A stretch of 64,000 nucleotides of DNA from Octopus vulgaris (lineage: Eukaryota), in NCBI GenBank assembly GCA_951406725.2, contig OX597834.1:29636001-29700000 (forward strand), in the 5' to 3' direction. Below are positions 1 to 11,785 of this stretch, piece after piece. Each line of letters begins with the position of its first letter. Within the stretch, counting starts at the first letter, position 1. The position numbers and the translations under genes are program-made. The notes beneath the pieces were generated by a model, which ran no database searches, was not told the DNA's origin, and saw only the letters and a program-made list of their open reading frames with translations.

Positions 1-703
1 CAAAAATGTCTGGCAGCATTTCTGGCAGTTCTTTCGGTTCTGAGTTCAAATGCCATTGAAGTAAACTTTGCCTTTCGAACTTTCAAGGTCAATAAAATGA
101 AGTACCAGTGAAGTACAGGAGTTGTTGTCATCCACTGTCTCTTCCCCAGTTGCTATTCTTGTACTAGAATTTGAAGCAATTACTTGTGTTGTTTGTGTCC
201 ATATTTCATTTCAGTTGTCTCAACTTTATAATTCCTGCTTCTTTTCCAGTTCACCACTGTCTTGTTATGCATGTGAATGGCCTTTGCTAGATCCAGGCAT
301 TCAGAGGTCATGAGGCCAATGGTTTCTTCCTCATCATAATTTAACGTCCATTGTCCATGCTGGCATGGGTTAGATGGTTTGACCAGGGCCGATGTTAAAA
401 GTCGTTATTGCTATTATTATCATCATTTGGATGAGTTGATTTGGCATAAATAGTGATAAGTTGTGCTGAATGTACAGCTGTGGAATTTGTAAGTTTGGAT
501 AAGTTTGTATTCTATGGGTATCTAACATCTCTAGTGTTAAACTTCTGTCTAAAAGAGAAAAAATATTTTCCAACTATTGAAAAAATATTCTTTCCTTTCC
601 CTTTCTTTCTCTTTCTCTCTCTCTTTCAAATGAAGAGTCATCCCTGGAATACCTGATTCCTCTTTTACATATGACATAAGAACATGTCCAAGCTCACAGA
701 CTT

Positions 704-1035
704 CATCATCATCATTTAGTGTCTGATTTCCATACTGACATGGGTTAAACAGTTTGACCAAAAATGGCAAACTGGAGAACTGCTTCAGGTTCCAGCCTGA
801 CTCGGCACAGTTTCTATGGCTGGATGCCCTTCCTAACATGCCAACCATTCTGAGAGTGTAAGGAATGCCTTTTACATTCCACCAGCATGGCTGCCATTTA
901 CATCACATCGGTACCGGCCATGGCTACTATTTCCTGGGTGTCATTCACATAACACTGGCAATGGTTATGACTACGGTTTTGCTTGACTTGACGAGTTTCC
1001 TCAAGCACAGCATATTGTCACGGTCTCAGTCACAT
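704..1035 (-). mobile_element. SINE family C (ccatgcYagcatgg stem-loop tail ending in (GAT)n), decayed copy
   Basis: Reverse complement matches the + copies at 1481-1729 and 23927-24353 (tggttggcgttaggaagggcatccag block, tail ...ttaaacgatgatgatg). Confidence 0.75.
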
Positions 1036-1129
1036 ATAATATTTTCTAATGCAGACCACCGCCACTAGTTCCCTTGAATTCCATGTTCATCCCTTTATAT
1101 TGTGAGGCGAAATACTGTCATAGCTAATT

Positions 1130-1432
1130 ATACCTTTTATTCTTCCAGGATCAATAAAATAAGTCCCACTCAAACACCCAAGATCAATTAAATTGATTAC
1201 ACCACCACTATCCCCCAAACTCGTGTCTTTCATCCTACAAAAATCAATAAAATATGTATCAGTCAAACTGGGATCGTATAGATTGATATTATCATCTCTA
1301 CACCCAAACTTGTGTCTTTTATTCTTCCAAGATCAATAAAATATGTCCTAAGATCAATTAAACTGACTATTCCACCCTTTTACCCTCAAACTTATGTCTT
1401 TTATCTTGATCAATAAAATTTGTACCAGTCAA
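1130..1432 (+). repeat. Degenerate tandem array (about 4 units of 75-120 bp) derived from the SINE-B 3' part
   Basis: Repeated blocks gatcaataaaat(a/t)...cag, gatcaattaaa...gattac and cccaaact(c/t)gtgtctttt near 1150, 1243, 1331 and 1408. Confidence 0.6.
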
Positions 1433-1480
1433 GCACAAAGAATAGTTTCTGCCCAGATTTGTATCATGTGCCAAAGTTGC

Positions 1481-1729
1481 CACGTAAAAAGCACCAACCG
1501 ATCGTGGCCGTTGCCAGCCTCCCCTGGCACCTGTGCCGGTGGCATGTGAAAAGCACCAACTACACTCACGGAGTGGTTGGCGTTAGGAAGAGCATCCAGC
1601 TGTAGAAACACTGCCAGATCAGACTGGAGCCTGGTGCAGCCTCCTGACTTCCCAGACTCCTGGTCGAACCATCCAACCCATGCTAGCATGGAAAACGGAC
1701 GTTAAACGACGATGATGATGATGATGATG
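1481..1729 (+). mobile_element. SINE family C, 5'-truncated
   Basis: cacgtaaaaagcacc...ggagtggttggcgttaggaag...ccaacccatgctagcatggaaaacggacgttaaacgacgatgatg; multiple homologous copies in the window. Confidence 0.85.
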
Positions 1730-1739
1730 TTGTTGCGTG

Positions 1740-2070
1740 TAGATTTGGATATCAGGAAGAGCTGATTCTCATGTCTGAGAAGAGCAGACAGTTTTTCTCA
1801 ATCCATTGGCTATGGAGAAAGAAGTTATGTGATGGACAAGATCGAAACGAGAGATGACAAACAATTCTCCCTTTGGCCAAACCTTTATCAACTTCTTAAA
1901 TCTCAAGACTCTTTCTTAGGAGTCTTGCAGAATACTGGATGGCATTTTTCTGCAGGTCAACAATACCAGTTTCGGTTCCACTATTCTCAGCTTCTTAGGT
2001 AGCAGTCGGTGAGTTGCAACAGATGCATCAATTACCACAAGAATAGCTGTTGTCTTAGTCTTTTACAATC
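1740..2070 (-). mobile_element. 3' end of an R4/Dong-like RLE non-LTR retrotransposon (pseudogenised)
   Basis: Minus-strand translation with one frameshift gives KTKTTAILVVIDASVATHRLLPKKLR/GTETGIVDLQKNAIQYSARLLRKSLEI* (stop 1896-1898). This resembles the family C-terminus VPVVIGALG...LQKxALLxxARILRKVL; a putative 3' UTR follows. Confidence 0.7.
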
Positions 2071-2619
2071 TCATCATTTCTTTGGCATAATCATTAGTAT
2101 ATTCAATAGAAATCGTAAGCACATTGGCAGAATTGTTAGCATGCAAGACAAAAATGCTAAGTGGCATTTCAATTGTGTTTACATTCTGAGTTCAAATTCT
2201 GCTGAGGTCAACTCAGCCTTCTTTTGGAGTTGATAATAAGTACTAGTTGCGCACTGAGGTTGATGTAATCAACAAACTCTTCTCCCAAAATTTCATACCT
2301 TGTATCTATAACAGAGAGGATAATTATTGTTGTTATTAGGTGGAAGAGAGGCAGTAATAGTTGGATACTGAGTGAAATGCCATGACCCTTCGTTCTGAGT
2401 TCAAATTCCATGAGAATCAGCTTTGCCTTTAAATCTTCATTTCATAATTTAGTAACCCCACCATTTTGAAGTCAACTTTATTGAGTTAGAGTTTCAATGT
2501 TCAGTTCTGCTTGAGTTAAATCTTCCCCTTCATCATCTCAGCTTTCAGAAAATAATATTCAATTGGAATCAATTTACTCACCAACACACCCGTCCCCAGG
2601 GAAGCTTGAAACAATATGT

Positions 2620-2734
2620 TTCAAGTTCAGTCCCACTGCATGGCACCTTGGGCAAGTGTCTTCTACTACAGGCCTGAAGGGACCAGTTCCTTGTGAGTGA
2701 ATTTGGTAGACAGAAACTTTGTGGAAGCCAATCC

Positions 2735-2787
<53 letters not shown>

Positions 2788-3015
2788 TTATGTGAGTACT
2801 TTTTGTTACATTTGTGCCCAACCATCACCACCACCACTTCACAACAAGTGTTTGTTGGTTTACATCCCATGACTTAGTGGCTTGGCAAAAGAGACCAATG
2901 GGATAAGTACCAAACTTTAAAAAGTTCATACTGGAGTCAACTAAAATCTTTCAAGGCAGTGCCCCAGCATGGCCACTGCCCCAACGATTAAAACAAGTAA
3001 AATATAGAAAGTAAA
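2620..3015 (+). mobile_element. SINE family A, older diverged copy
   Basis: gttcagtcccactgcatggcaccttgggcaagtgtcttctacta head/core and ggcagtgccccagcatggccactgc...aaacaagtaaaa tail. Confidence 0.8.
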
Positions 3016-4719
3016 AGATTATTGATTCTGTGTAACCAGCACCACCACCACCACCACCACCTTTTCGAATTTCTCTCTGTAAGGACGACGCCCCCTCCAT
3101 GTTTTGGGATACCTTAATAAACAGAAACATTATTTCTTGATTTTTCGGCAAATGAGTGGGTAGGTGGAGCTAGGGTAGGGGGTGGAGCTAGAGTAGGTAT
3201 CGCTTGTGTCTTTGTATGAATATGTTGTTATTATTTAGCTGAGGCAAGCCTTGAATTGGCAGCTCTCATTCCTATACCCACCTACACACATACTTGCATT
3301 TGTATGTAGAAGCATATTATTAAGTATATGCATGCATATGTTCAATGCCTCAAGTGACCAATCCTCCGGTCAGTTTGCACTGGTTAGCCCATCCTTTTCT
3401 CACGCATTTATACATTATAGAACTAAAATTACATTATCAAATTAGTTTCAGAGATTTTTTCAACACCGCAGTGTAATTTGAGAGAGATGTGGCTGCTATC
3501 TCCAGCAGTACATGTGACCACTAAAAGGCTCCACATTACCTCATTCAGTATGTATATGTGTGTGTGTGTGTGTGTGTGCATGCATGTGTGTGTGTGTATT
3601 TTCATACCTGTGTATGCGTATAAGAGATAGAAATGTATACATGTGAAAGTGTATATTCATATATGTATTTGTCTGTTTGCATGAAGCTAGCTCAGATTAC
3701 CTTGTCTTCCCCAAGTATATATGTGAGTAGAAAATAGACGTGTATGTATGTGTGTAGATATATGTGTTTGTACGGGAGTGTCTATACAACTTTATGCTTG
3801 AGGAGTGTGTGACATATTAGATGAAGATGTCTCATATGTGTTCTCAATGCCCACCCACCCCACTTTACCCCGCACACAGCCACTTGTTAAGTGTACTGAG
3901 AAAACCCTGGATTACGTTAGACAACAGGAGAAACCTTATATTTCCAATGGTGTCAGAAGGGAGTTGAACTTAACACGAGAACGGTATCCAAGAAATAAAG
4001 TCGTGTTCGACTACAGGAAACAAATACCTATACTTTACAAATTGACAACCATACACACAGTTTCACACACACAAATTTTCAAACACACACACACACAGAG
4101 TTTTACACACATACACACAGTTTCACACACACACACACACATTGGGCCATGTGTATACATACATAAGAATATTCGCACACACCACACATATAATCAGTGT
4201 GTCACAAACAATTCGGTTTCATTTACCTAATCTAAAAATATTTACGTTTCATGACATACCATATATGTGTGTACACATGTGTGTCTATGTGTGTGTCTGT
4301 GTGTATGTCTGTGTATGTATACACACATCAATAGATAAATCTTAATGAAAAGGAACTTATGTAGATACATGTATATGTTTACATCATTCTCTCTCTATTT
4401 CTATCAATTTATCTGTCTATCTGTCTATCTATATATAGAGAGAGGGAGAGAGAGAGAGTAAGAGAAGGATTGGGAGAGAGAGACAGAGATAACTAGATTG
4501 ATATATAGAATTGTATATATATATATATAATGTATCTCTCTCTATATATGTGTATGTGTGTGTGTGTGTGTTTGTGCATGTGTGTAGCTATATACAATAG
4601 TTATATAAAGTATAGAGTAACCTATCAGATTAATGTAAAATTGTTTATATAACTAAATATAAATACAAACATTAATATAAAAAATCATTATTAAATATAT
4701 ATAGGTATGTGTATATATG

Positions 4720-4790
<71 letters not shown>

Positions 4791-4810
4791 ATGTATATAT
4801 ATATATATAT

Positions 4811-4988
4811 TACCATCGAAACATAGAGTAGACGAAACAGGGACAACTGAAGAAGGGGAATATTCCTTGTGTTGTATGTCTTGTACTCTGTTTTTTCCTT
4901 GTTTGAAAAAAGTTTGTTTCCATGTTTTTGTTTTATGTTTTCGCTTCTCATAGTGTTCAACGTTTTTTTTTTTTGGTGTCCTTTACCC
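4811..4988 (+). mobile_element. Putative Penelope-like terminal-repeat fragment in (TA)n
   Basis: Complex island flanked by TA repeats, with GAAA (4818-4821), CTGAAGA (4847-4853) and a T-rich tail similar in style to 63373-63508. Confidence 0.5.
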
Positions 4989-5143
4989 ATATATGCATGT
5001 ATATATACATAGAGATGTAGGTATGTACATATATGTATGTATATATGCATATGTTTATATATTACTTATGTTATTATACATATATATACACATATAGATA
5101 TGTATACATACATACATATATATGTATACATATATATGTATAC

Positions 5144-5196
<53 letters not shown>

Positions 5197-5267
5197 CATA
5201 TATATATGTATACATATTTATATACATATACATATATATGTATACATATACATATATATATATACAT

Positions 5268-5376
5268 TTGCCAAATCAAGATTGGAGCCTGGTGCAGCCA
5301 TCTGGTTCGCCAGCCCTCAGTCAAAATCGTCCAACCCATGCTAGCATGGAAAGCGGATGTTAAACGATGATGATGA
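5268..5376 (+). mobile_element. SINE family C, 3' tail only
   Basis: gattggagcctggtgcagcc...ccaacccatgctagcatggaaagcggatgttaaacgatgatgatg. Confidence 0.8.
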
Positions 5377-5391
5377 TACATATATATACAT

Positions 5392-5448
<57 letters not shown>

Positions 5449-5950
5449 CATATACATACAAATATATATATATACACACACACACACATATATACATATA
5501 TGTATGTACATGTACATATTTATATGTGTATATATATATATATGTTCATATGTGTGTGTGTGAGAGAGAAACCACCTATGTCCAGATATATCTCAGCAAA
5601 CAATAACTCTTTACTTAAATGGGTTATAAGTGCCCAACCTATGACTGCAATATGAAGCAGGACTGAAATTTCGTTTCCATTTGGTGTCATTAAATCATGA
5701 CTTGGGCCAACTCTGGCTGAAACCTAAGTTTATAAAAAGCTAAAGATGGACAAACGGTTGTTGCCTGGACCCTTCTTTCGCTTGTTTGGATTTCCTCTCT
5801 CATTGTTTGACTCTGGATTTAGATATTTGATCATGTCTGAGCACTAATTTTTTGCTATTTATTATTTGCATTTTCATAGGTTTTTAACCATTACATACAC
5901 ACATACACAATGTTGCATGCATTTGTGGTTCTGACCGACCAATCATCTGT

Positions 5951-5988
<38 letters not shown>

Positions 5989-5991
<3 letters not shown>

Positions 5992-6177
5992 GGAAATTTT
6001 ACGAAAATAAACAAAAGACGAAGGCAGGTGGTATACAAACAAACAAATGTATTAGTATAACGCTCAGGAATAGAAAAACTCTTTTACTTTTCGAGCCTAC
6101 GCTCTTCTACAGAAAGATACACAGAAAAAAACAAGGAGAGAAAAAAAATGTGTGTAGTACCTAACGATCTATCATGA
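5989..6177 (-). mobile_element. Penelope-like terminal-repeat fragment (same family as 29195-29390)
   Basis: Reverse complement is closely similar to 29195-29390; 3' end abuts (TA)n; carries a minimal hammerhead fold. Confidence 0.7.
6081..6116 (-). ncRNA. Minimal type I hammerhead ribozyme motif, CUGUAGA (A6U) core
   Basis: Minus strand: cttt CTGTAGA a gagc gtag gctc GAAA ag TA aaag (stem I cttt/aaag, stem II gagc/gctc). Confidence 0.6.
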
Positions 6178-6545
6178 TATATATATGTATATATGTGTGT
6201 GTGTGTATGCATTTATACACTCTGACATAATTATGTACATACATTCAAGTATAGATACATGAATGCATATATGTGCATGTATGCATGTAGGTGTGCATTA
6301 GTAAACCCATGCACACAAATATACATACATAGATGTATATATATATATACATTTTAAAACTGATGTAATATTTTCATTGTTCAATTAAATAGAGTCGCAT
6401 GAAACGATCGTACTGCATTACCTCTGGATATCCATGAAGCATATTTTGATTGTAATCACCCCATTTTGAATTATATGGATAATACCATACTAAAATTTGG
6501 TGCCTTTAACTTAAGTACCATATTCAACTGAATCATATATATATA

Positions 6546-6652
<107 letters not shown>

Positions 6653-7471
6653 GGTGTGTGTCTGGAATGTTAGGTTTCATAACATTTAAAGAACTGTGCA
6701 GATTTCAAGAAATTAAAATAATATTTTTTCACCAAGTCATTTTGAGATTTTTCTAATGAACGCCATTTCATTTGCTGCTTTCTAATTGATGTATGGAAAT
6801 CAAAATAAATGTTTGTATAATTAATCAGTATATTTGCTCATTGGCTTGAATATGTTTTCTGGAAATTTTTGAAACATTAACTAAAAGTTCACATCTCATG
6901 AGATTTGAAACATAAATTGTGAGGTCGCATTCTGTTGAAATTTTACTTCTTGATTAAAACTGACAGTATTGGTAGGGTGTGTGTGTGTGTGTGTGAGAAT
7001 GTGTGTATGAGTATTTGTGTGTGTGTGAGTAAGAATGTGTTTGCATGTGTACATGTTTGTGTATTGAGTAAAATGGTCAAAGGTGTCTATATATATATTC
7101 ACACATACAGCTATTCTCATACCTACACTAACGCACTCAAAACACTCCTACACATGCACACACGCACACACACACACACACACACAAACATAACTTATAT
7201 GTTGATTATGTAGATATGTAAATATATGTATATACGTATACAATGTATAAATACATATGCATGTATTATGTGTGCGTGTGCCTGTATACACACACACATA
7301 TATATATGCAGTGTATACATATCTAATTATATTATATAAACAAATTATTTTGTACTTATACACATTTACAAAGAAGCATTTAGGAACAATGCATGTCTGA
7401 ATATAAACGTTCGCAAGTTTGTACATGCGTATATGAAAGAAACGTATACTCTATGTTTATGTACATCTGCA

Positions 7472-7509
<38 letters not shown>

Positions 7510-7555
7510 CTCTCTCTTTCGGAGAGGCACTGAGCAGCTATACGCACACATACAC

Positions 7556-7589
<34 letters not shown>

Positions 7590-7894
7590 CATGTGTGTGT
7601 GTATATAGATCTACAGTAACATACAAAACAAAGATTGCAAAATACTGATGATAATCTATGCTGAGTTTTGATGTTCTACAGTTACATATTGAAGACACAC
7701 AGACGAAAAGGTGCTACAAGGTTTCACCTGTCAATGCATTTAATATCACTTTCCACATACCTGAAATGATGTTTATCACATACCTAGCTTCAGATAACAG
7801 TAAAGTGTGAGCTATCATAGCAATCAAATTTATATAGCATAAGTATTAATATTTGTTAATGATGTTAAGTACAACAATATTATATATACATATA

Positions 7895-8316
7895 TACTCT
7901 TTACTCTTTTTTACTTGTTTCAGTCATTTTGACTGCAGCCATGCTGGAGCACCACCTTTAATCGAGCAAATCGACCCCGGGACTTATTCTTTTTGTAAGC
8001 CCAGTACTTATTCTATCAGTCTCTTTAGCCGATCCACTAAGTAATGGGGACATAAACACACCAGCATTGGTTGTCAAGCAATGCTAGGGGGACAAACACA
8101 GACACACAACACACACACGCATATATATATATATACGACAGGCTTCTTTCAGTTTCCGTCTACCAAATCCACTCACAAGGCTTTGGTTGGCCCGAGGCTA
8201 TAGTAGAAGACACTTGGCCAAGGTGCCATGCAGTGGGACTGAACCCGGAACCATGTGGTTGGTAAACAAGCTACTTACCACACAGCCACTCCTGCACATA
8301 CAGCCACTCCTGCGCA
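7895..8316 (-). mobile_element. SINE family A, full length (tRNA-like head, CORE-like block, LINE-derived tail)
   Basis: Reverse complement of the 14443-14845 type; the head cagccactcctgc is locally duplicated at 8283-8315. Confidence 0.9.
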
Positions 8317-8643
8317 TATATATATATATATATGTTTTAGAGATGGTTGTAAAAACAAAAACCTATGTAAATATATTTAAGTTTTTTATACACACACACT
8401 TGTGTGTGCATATGCATGTATGCATGCATGTGTGTGTACATATATCCCCTTCCTCTTCACTGTTTCAATATTTCCTTTTCCATGCTAGCATGAAACAGTC
8501 AGGAATTAGTTGGAGCTGAATTTTTGCAGCTGGATGCATTTCCTGCTGCCAACCATCACTTGTTTCCAAGCAAGGCAATAAATCTCCCCAACCTGTCGAA
8601 CAACAATCAGTAAAGACATAGTTATGTGGAGACAAACAACATT

Positions 8644-9070
8644 GACCCTTAAATATATGTAATATTGAATAAGGGTAGAAATTGATATTAATCAATTAAA
8701 ACCAGTGGCCTAGCATATTAAAAAAATCCGAAGATTAAAATATTTTTTACATACAAAATTTAAAGGACTGACCACTAAAAGTGGACAGTCAATATGCTAG
8801 AAATAGACATCAAAATCTATGCTGATGATCTTGCAGATTCTCGCGTGTACATATATGTGAATATTAACAAGTGAAACTGATTAGTACATAGGTAATCTTT
8901 TATTTCGTATATTTTCATTTGTCTTGCTTATTTTTTAGACTTTGGTTTTTTGCTGAGTTTTTTCTTGAGAACACATTCTTCATGGAAAATAGCGATTTTG
9001 ACGTCTGTATCTAGCATATTGACTGTCCACTTTTAGTGGTCAGTCCTTTAAATTTTGTATGTAAAAAATA
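8644..9070. mobile_element. Penelope-like insertion with inverted terminal duplication
   Basis: Inverted arms 8740-8817 and 8994-9070 (about 77 bp, few mismatches); sense copy starts with a hammerhead fold at 8817; right end abuts (TA)n. Confidence 0.75.
8817..8891 (+). ncRNA. Type I hammerhead ribozyme motif with long stem II
   Basis: ctatg CTGATGA t cttg...caag t GAAA ctgattag TA catag. Stem I ctatg/catag is perfect, the triplet is GUA (predicted cut after 8886), and the 10.1-11.1 pair is a U-U mismatch. Confidence 0.7.
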
Positions 9071-10090
9071 TATATATATGTAATATATACATTACCTTAC
9101 TTGGAAACAAGTGAAGGTTGACAAGAGGATGGGCATCCAGCTGCAGAACACCCACCTGAGCAAAATTTTGTGCAAACCATTCGAGCATCAAAAAGTGGAT
9201 TTTAAAGCAATAACAATGATATACACACTTATAATACATTTTTACAGTACATATGTATTTATAATATCTATAAATACATATGTCTGCATGTGTATATATT
9301 TATATGTGTGTGTGTGTGTATGTGTCTGTATACATATATATATATATAGTACATAAATATTTATAATATCTATAAATACATATATCTGCATGTGTATATA
9401 TATATATGTGTGTGTGTGTGTATGTGTCTGTATATATATATATATATGATAGATACGATATATACACACACACATATATAATGTATGCATATATGTATTG
9501 ACACCCATACATACGCTTATATATCATACATATTACTTAAATATGTGTAAGATAGATAAAGAAAAGTGAGATAAAATATATTAGGGCGAACTTTTAAGAC
9601 AAAATGATGAAAATCAAATTTACACTTATCTGTGTTGTTAGTGTGTTTCAGTAAATAGTAACGTGTCTCCATATGAGATATAAATAATCAAAAAGTGGTA
9701 AGTGAAACAATCTCTCTCTCTCTCTTTCCCATCTCTCTCTCTCTCCCGTCTCTCTCTCCTCATCTCTCTCTCTCTCTCTATTCCTTGCAAAATTTCTGTC
9801 TATCCACAAACGCATGTGAATGTGCATGCACACAGACATGCAATGCTTGGAGTGTTTTACAACGGAATCGCATGTGGTGGACCATAACCGAAATTAAAAT
9901 TAGAGGAACAAAAGAAATAAGGAAGACAAAGAAACAAACCAAAATAATTAAAAGAAAGAATCAGCTGTATAAATAAACACAGAAATAAGGGAATAACAGA
10001 AGAATACTAAAATAAGATTATGGACACAAAGCACCGAATTTTAAGAAATATTATATGTATCTATATATAGATGTAATATGTGTGAAGGTC

Positions 10091-10201
10091 TGTGTGTATA
10101 TATTAATTCCTACTCTTTTACTCTTTTACTTGTTTCAGTCATTTGACTGCGGCCATGCTGGAGCACCGCCTTTAGTCGAGCAAATCGACCCCGGGACTTA
10201 T
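10091..10201 (-). mobile_element. SINE family A, 3' fragment
   Basis: tactcttttactcttttacttgtttcagtcatttgactgcggccatgctggagcaccgcc...gaccccgggactta. Confidence 0.85.
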
Positions 10202-10507
10202 GTATATATAATGTATATATAAATTTGACAAGTCAGTCAGTCACTGGCTGACACTCGCTGATGATACATTGAAGAGGCCAGGGAACAGAAGAAAGAAGAC
10301 ATGCACCCAACACCAGAGCTGAAGACACCTCCGAAAGGGGGGGCCCCGCCACGTCAAAATGGTAGAGGAGTAGGGACCGAAACCGGACATGGTTCCTCCT
10401 GATGATGTCTTGAGCTAACTGGATCCTATAAAGGAGCTGTTGTGGTAGCAGACCATGAAACACGGTTGTAATTCCCCATTATGTCTACATCTATGTATAT
10501 ATATTTG

Positions 10508-10740
10508 ATGCGGCGAGCTGGCAGAATCGTTAGCACGCCGAGCGAAATGCGTAGCTGTATTTCGTCTGCCGTTACGTGTTCTGGGTTCAAATTCCGCCGA
10601 GGTCGACTTTGCCTTTCATCCTTTCGGGGTCGATAAAATAAGTACCAGTTACGTTCTGGGGTCGATGTAATCGACTTGATCCCTTTGTCTGTCCTTGTTT
10701 GTCCCCTCTATGTTTTAGCCCCTTGTGGGTAGTAAAGAAA
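10508..10740 (+). mobile_element. SINE family B (tRNA-derived), near full length
   Basis: A-box-like tggcagaatcgtt and B-box-like ggttcaaattcc, then gaggtcgactttgcctttcatcctttcggggtcgataaaataagtaccag; many homologues in the window. Confidence 0.85.
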
Positions 10741-11164
10741 TATATATATTTGATGCACACACACACACGTCTATCTTTATTAATCACAGGTGTTTGCTCT
10801 AAAGATACCATGTTAAATGAATCAGTCATAAATGAATAATAGGACATAAAGGGAAAAATAGGTTTTCTAATGAGACACAAAGTTGTTCTGAATGTCGTGG
10901 ATGGTCAGTGGGGTATGCTTTTGTGGTCCAGGCAAACTCTTTGACTGATTGCCAACGTACGCTATCACAGATCAATTTGTGATAAGTGTAACACGATCCA
11001 CAATGAACATACCATGTTATCCTGGATCAGTGGAGATGATTGAATCCACTCATGTATGTATTTTATCCAACCCTCTTTGTCGAACTGTAACGTTAGACAA
11101 CATAAAGGGCCCAGCATAAATTACACTAGTCTTCAGGCCATTGCAGTCATAAACTCATACAAAA

Positions 11165-11535
11165 ATTACACACACTGCATAGTGCCAAAGACTCCAGATT
11201 TGCCATCAAGATGTAGGACAAGATACTGTGATAGCTTGGGCTTTAGAGGCCCACAGCTCTTCAATATCCTCCTGAAAAACCTAAGAGACCTGCATGGGGT
11301 GGATGCAGATGTCTTTAAAATAAAACTGGATCTCTTCCTGTCAGGTGTCCCGGATGAACCAACTTCATGACAGGAGGTGCAGATGAGGGCAGCTGCATCG
11401 AACTCTCTCATGCATCAAATGGCAATTGCTAAAAAGCATTTGTGAAGTAAAATCATGTAGCAACACCAAATGGCGGTGCCCCAGCATGGCCACAGCTCAT
11501 GAGCTGAAACTAGATAAAATAAAATAAAATTAAAA
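11165..11535 (+). mobile_element. 3' end of a CR1/L2-group LINE: ORF2 C-terminus, 3' UTR and (TAAAA)n tail
   Basis: HCIVPK...SLGFRGPQLFNILLKNLRDLHGVDADVFKIKLDLFLSGVPDEPTS*QEVQMRAAASNSLMHQMAIAKKHL* (premature TGA 11368-11370, final stop 11443-11445), matching the RGPxLFNxLP...FKxKLDxFL...PDEP...SNSL post-RT motif. Confidence 0.8.
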
Positions 11536-11785
11536 ATATAATAAAAACACATGCACACACACACACACTTAAACTCATGCTAAATTACACCACAGATGCA
11601 CACATACATTTGACCACTGTGTTGTGGGATTGAACTTAGAACCATATAATTGCAAAGTGAACTTCTTAACCTTACAGGCCATGTCTCTACATACATATGT
11701 TCATGCATCTGCATGTGTATGTGCATGTTTGTTTGCAGAGTTGGGTTGTGTGTGTGTATGTGTATACATATATATATTCAAAATG

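Noticed and set aside
10884-11125. Possible ~240 bp solo LTR (TG...CA)
   Set aside because: No convincing target-site duplication (aaagt vs ctagt) and no second copy in the window.
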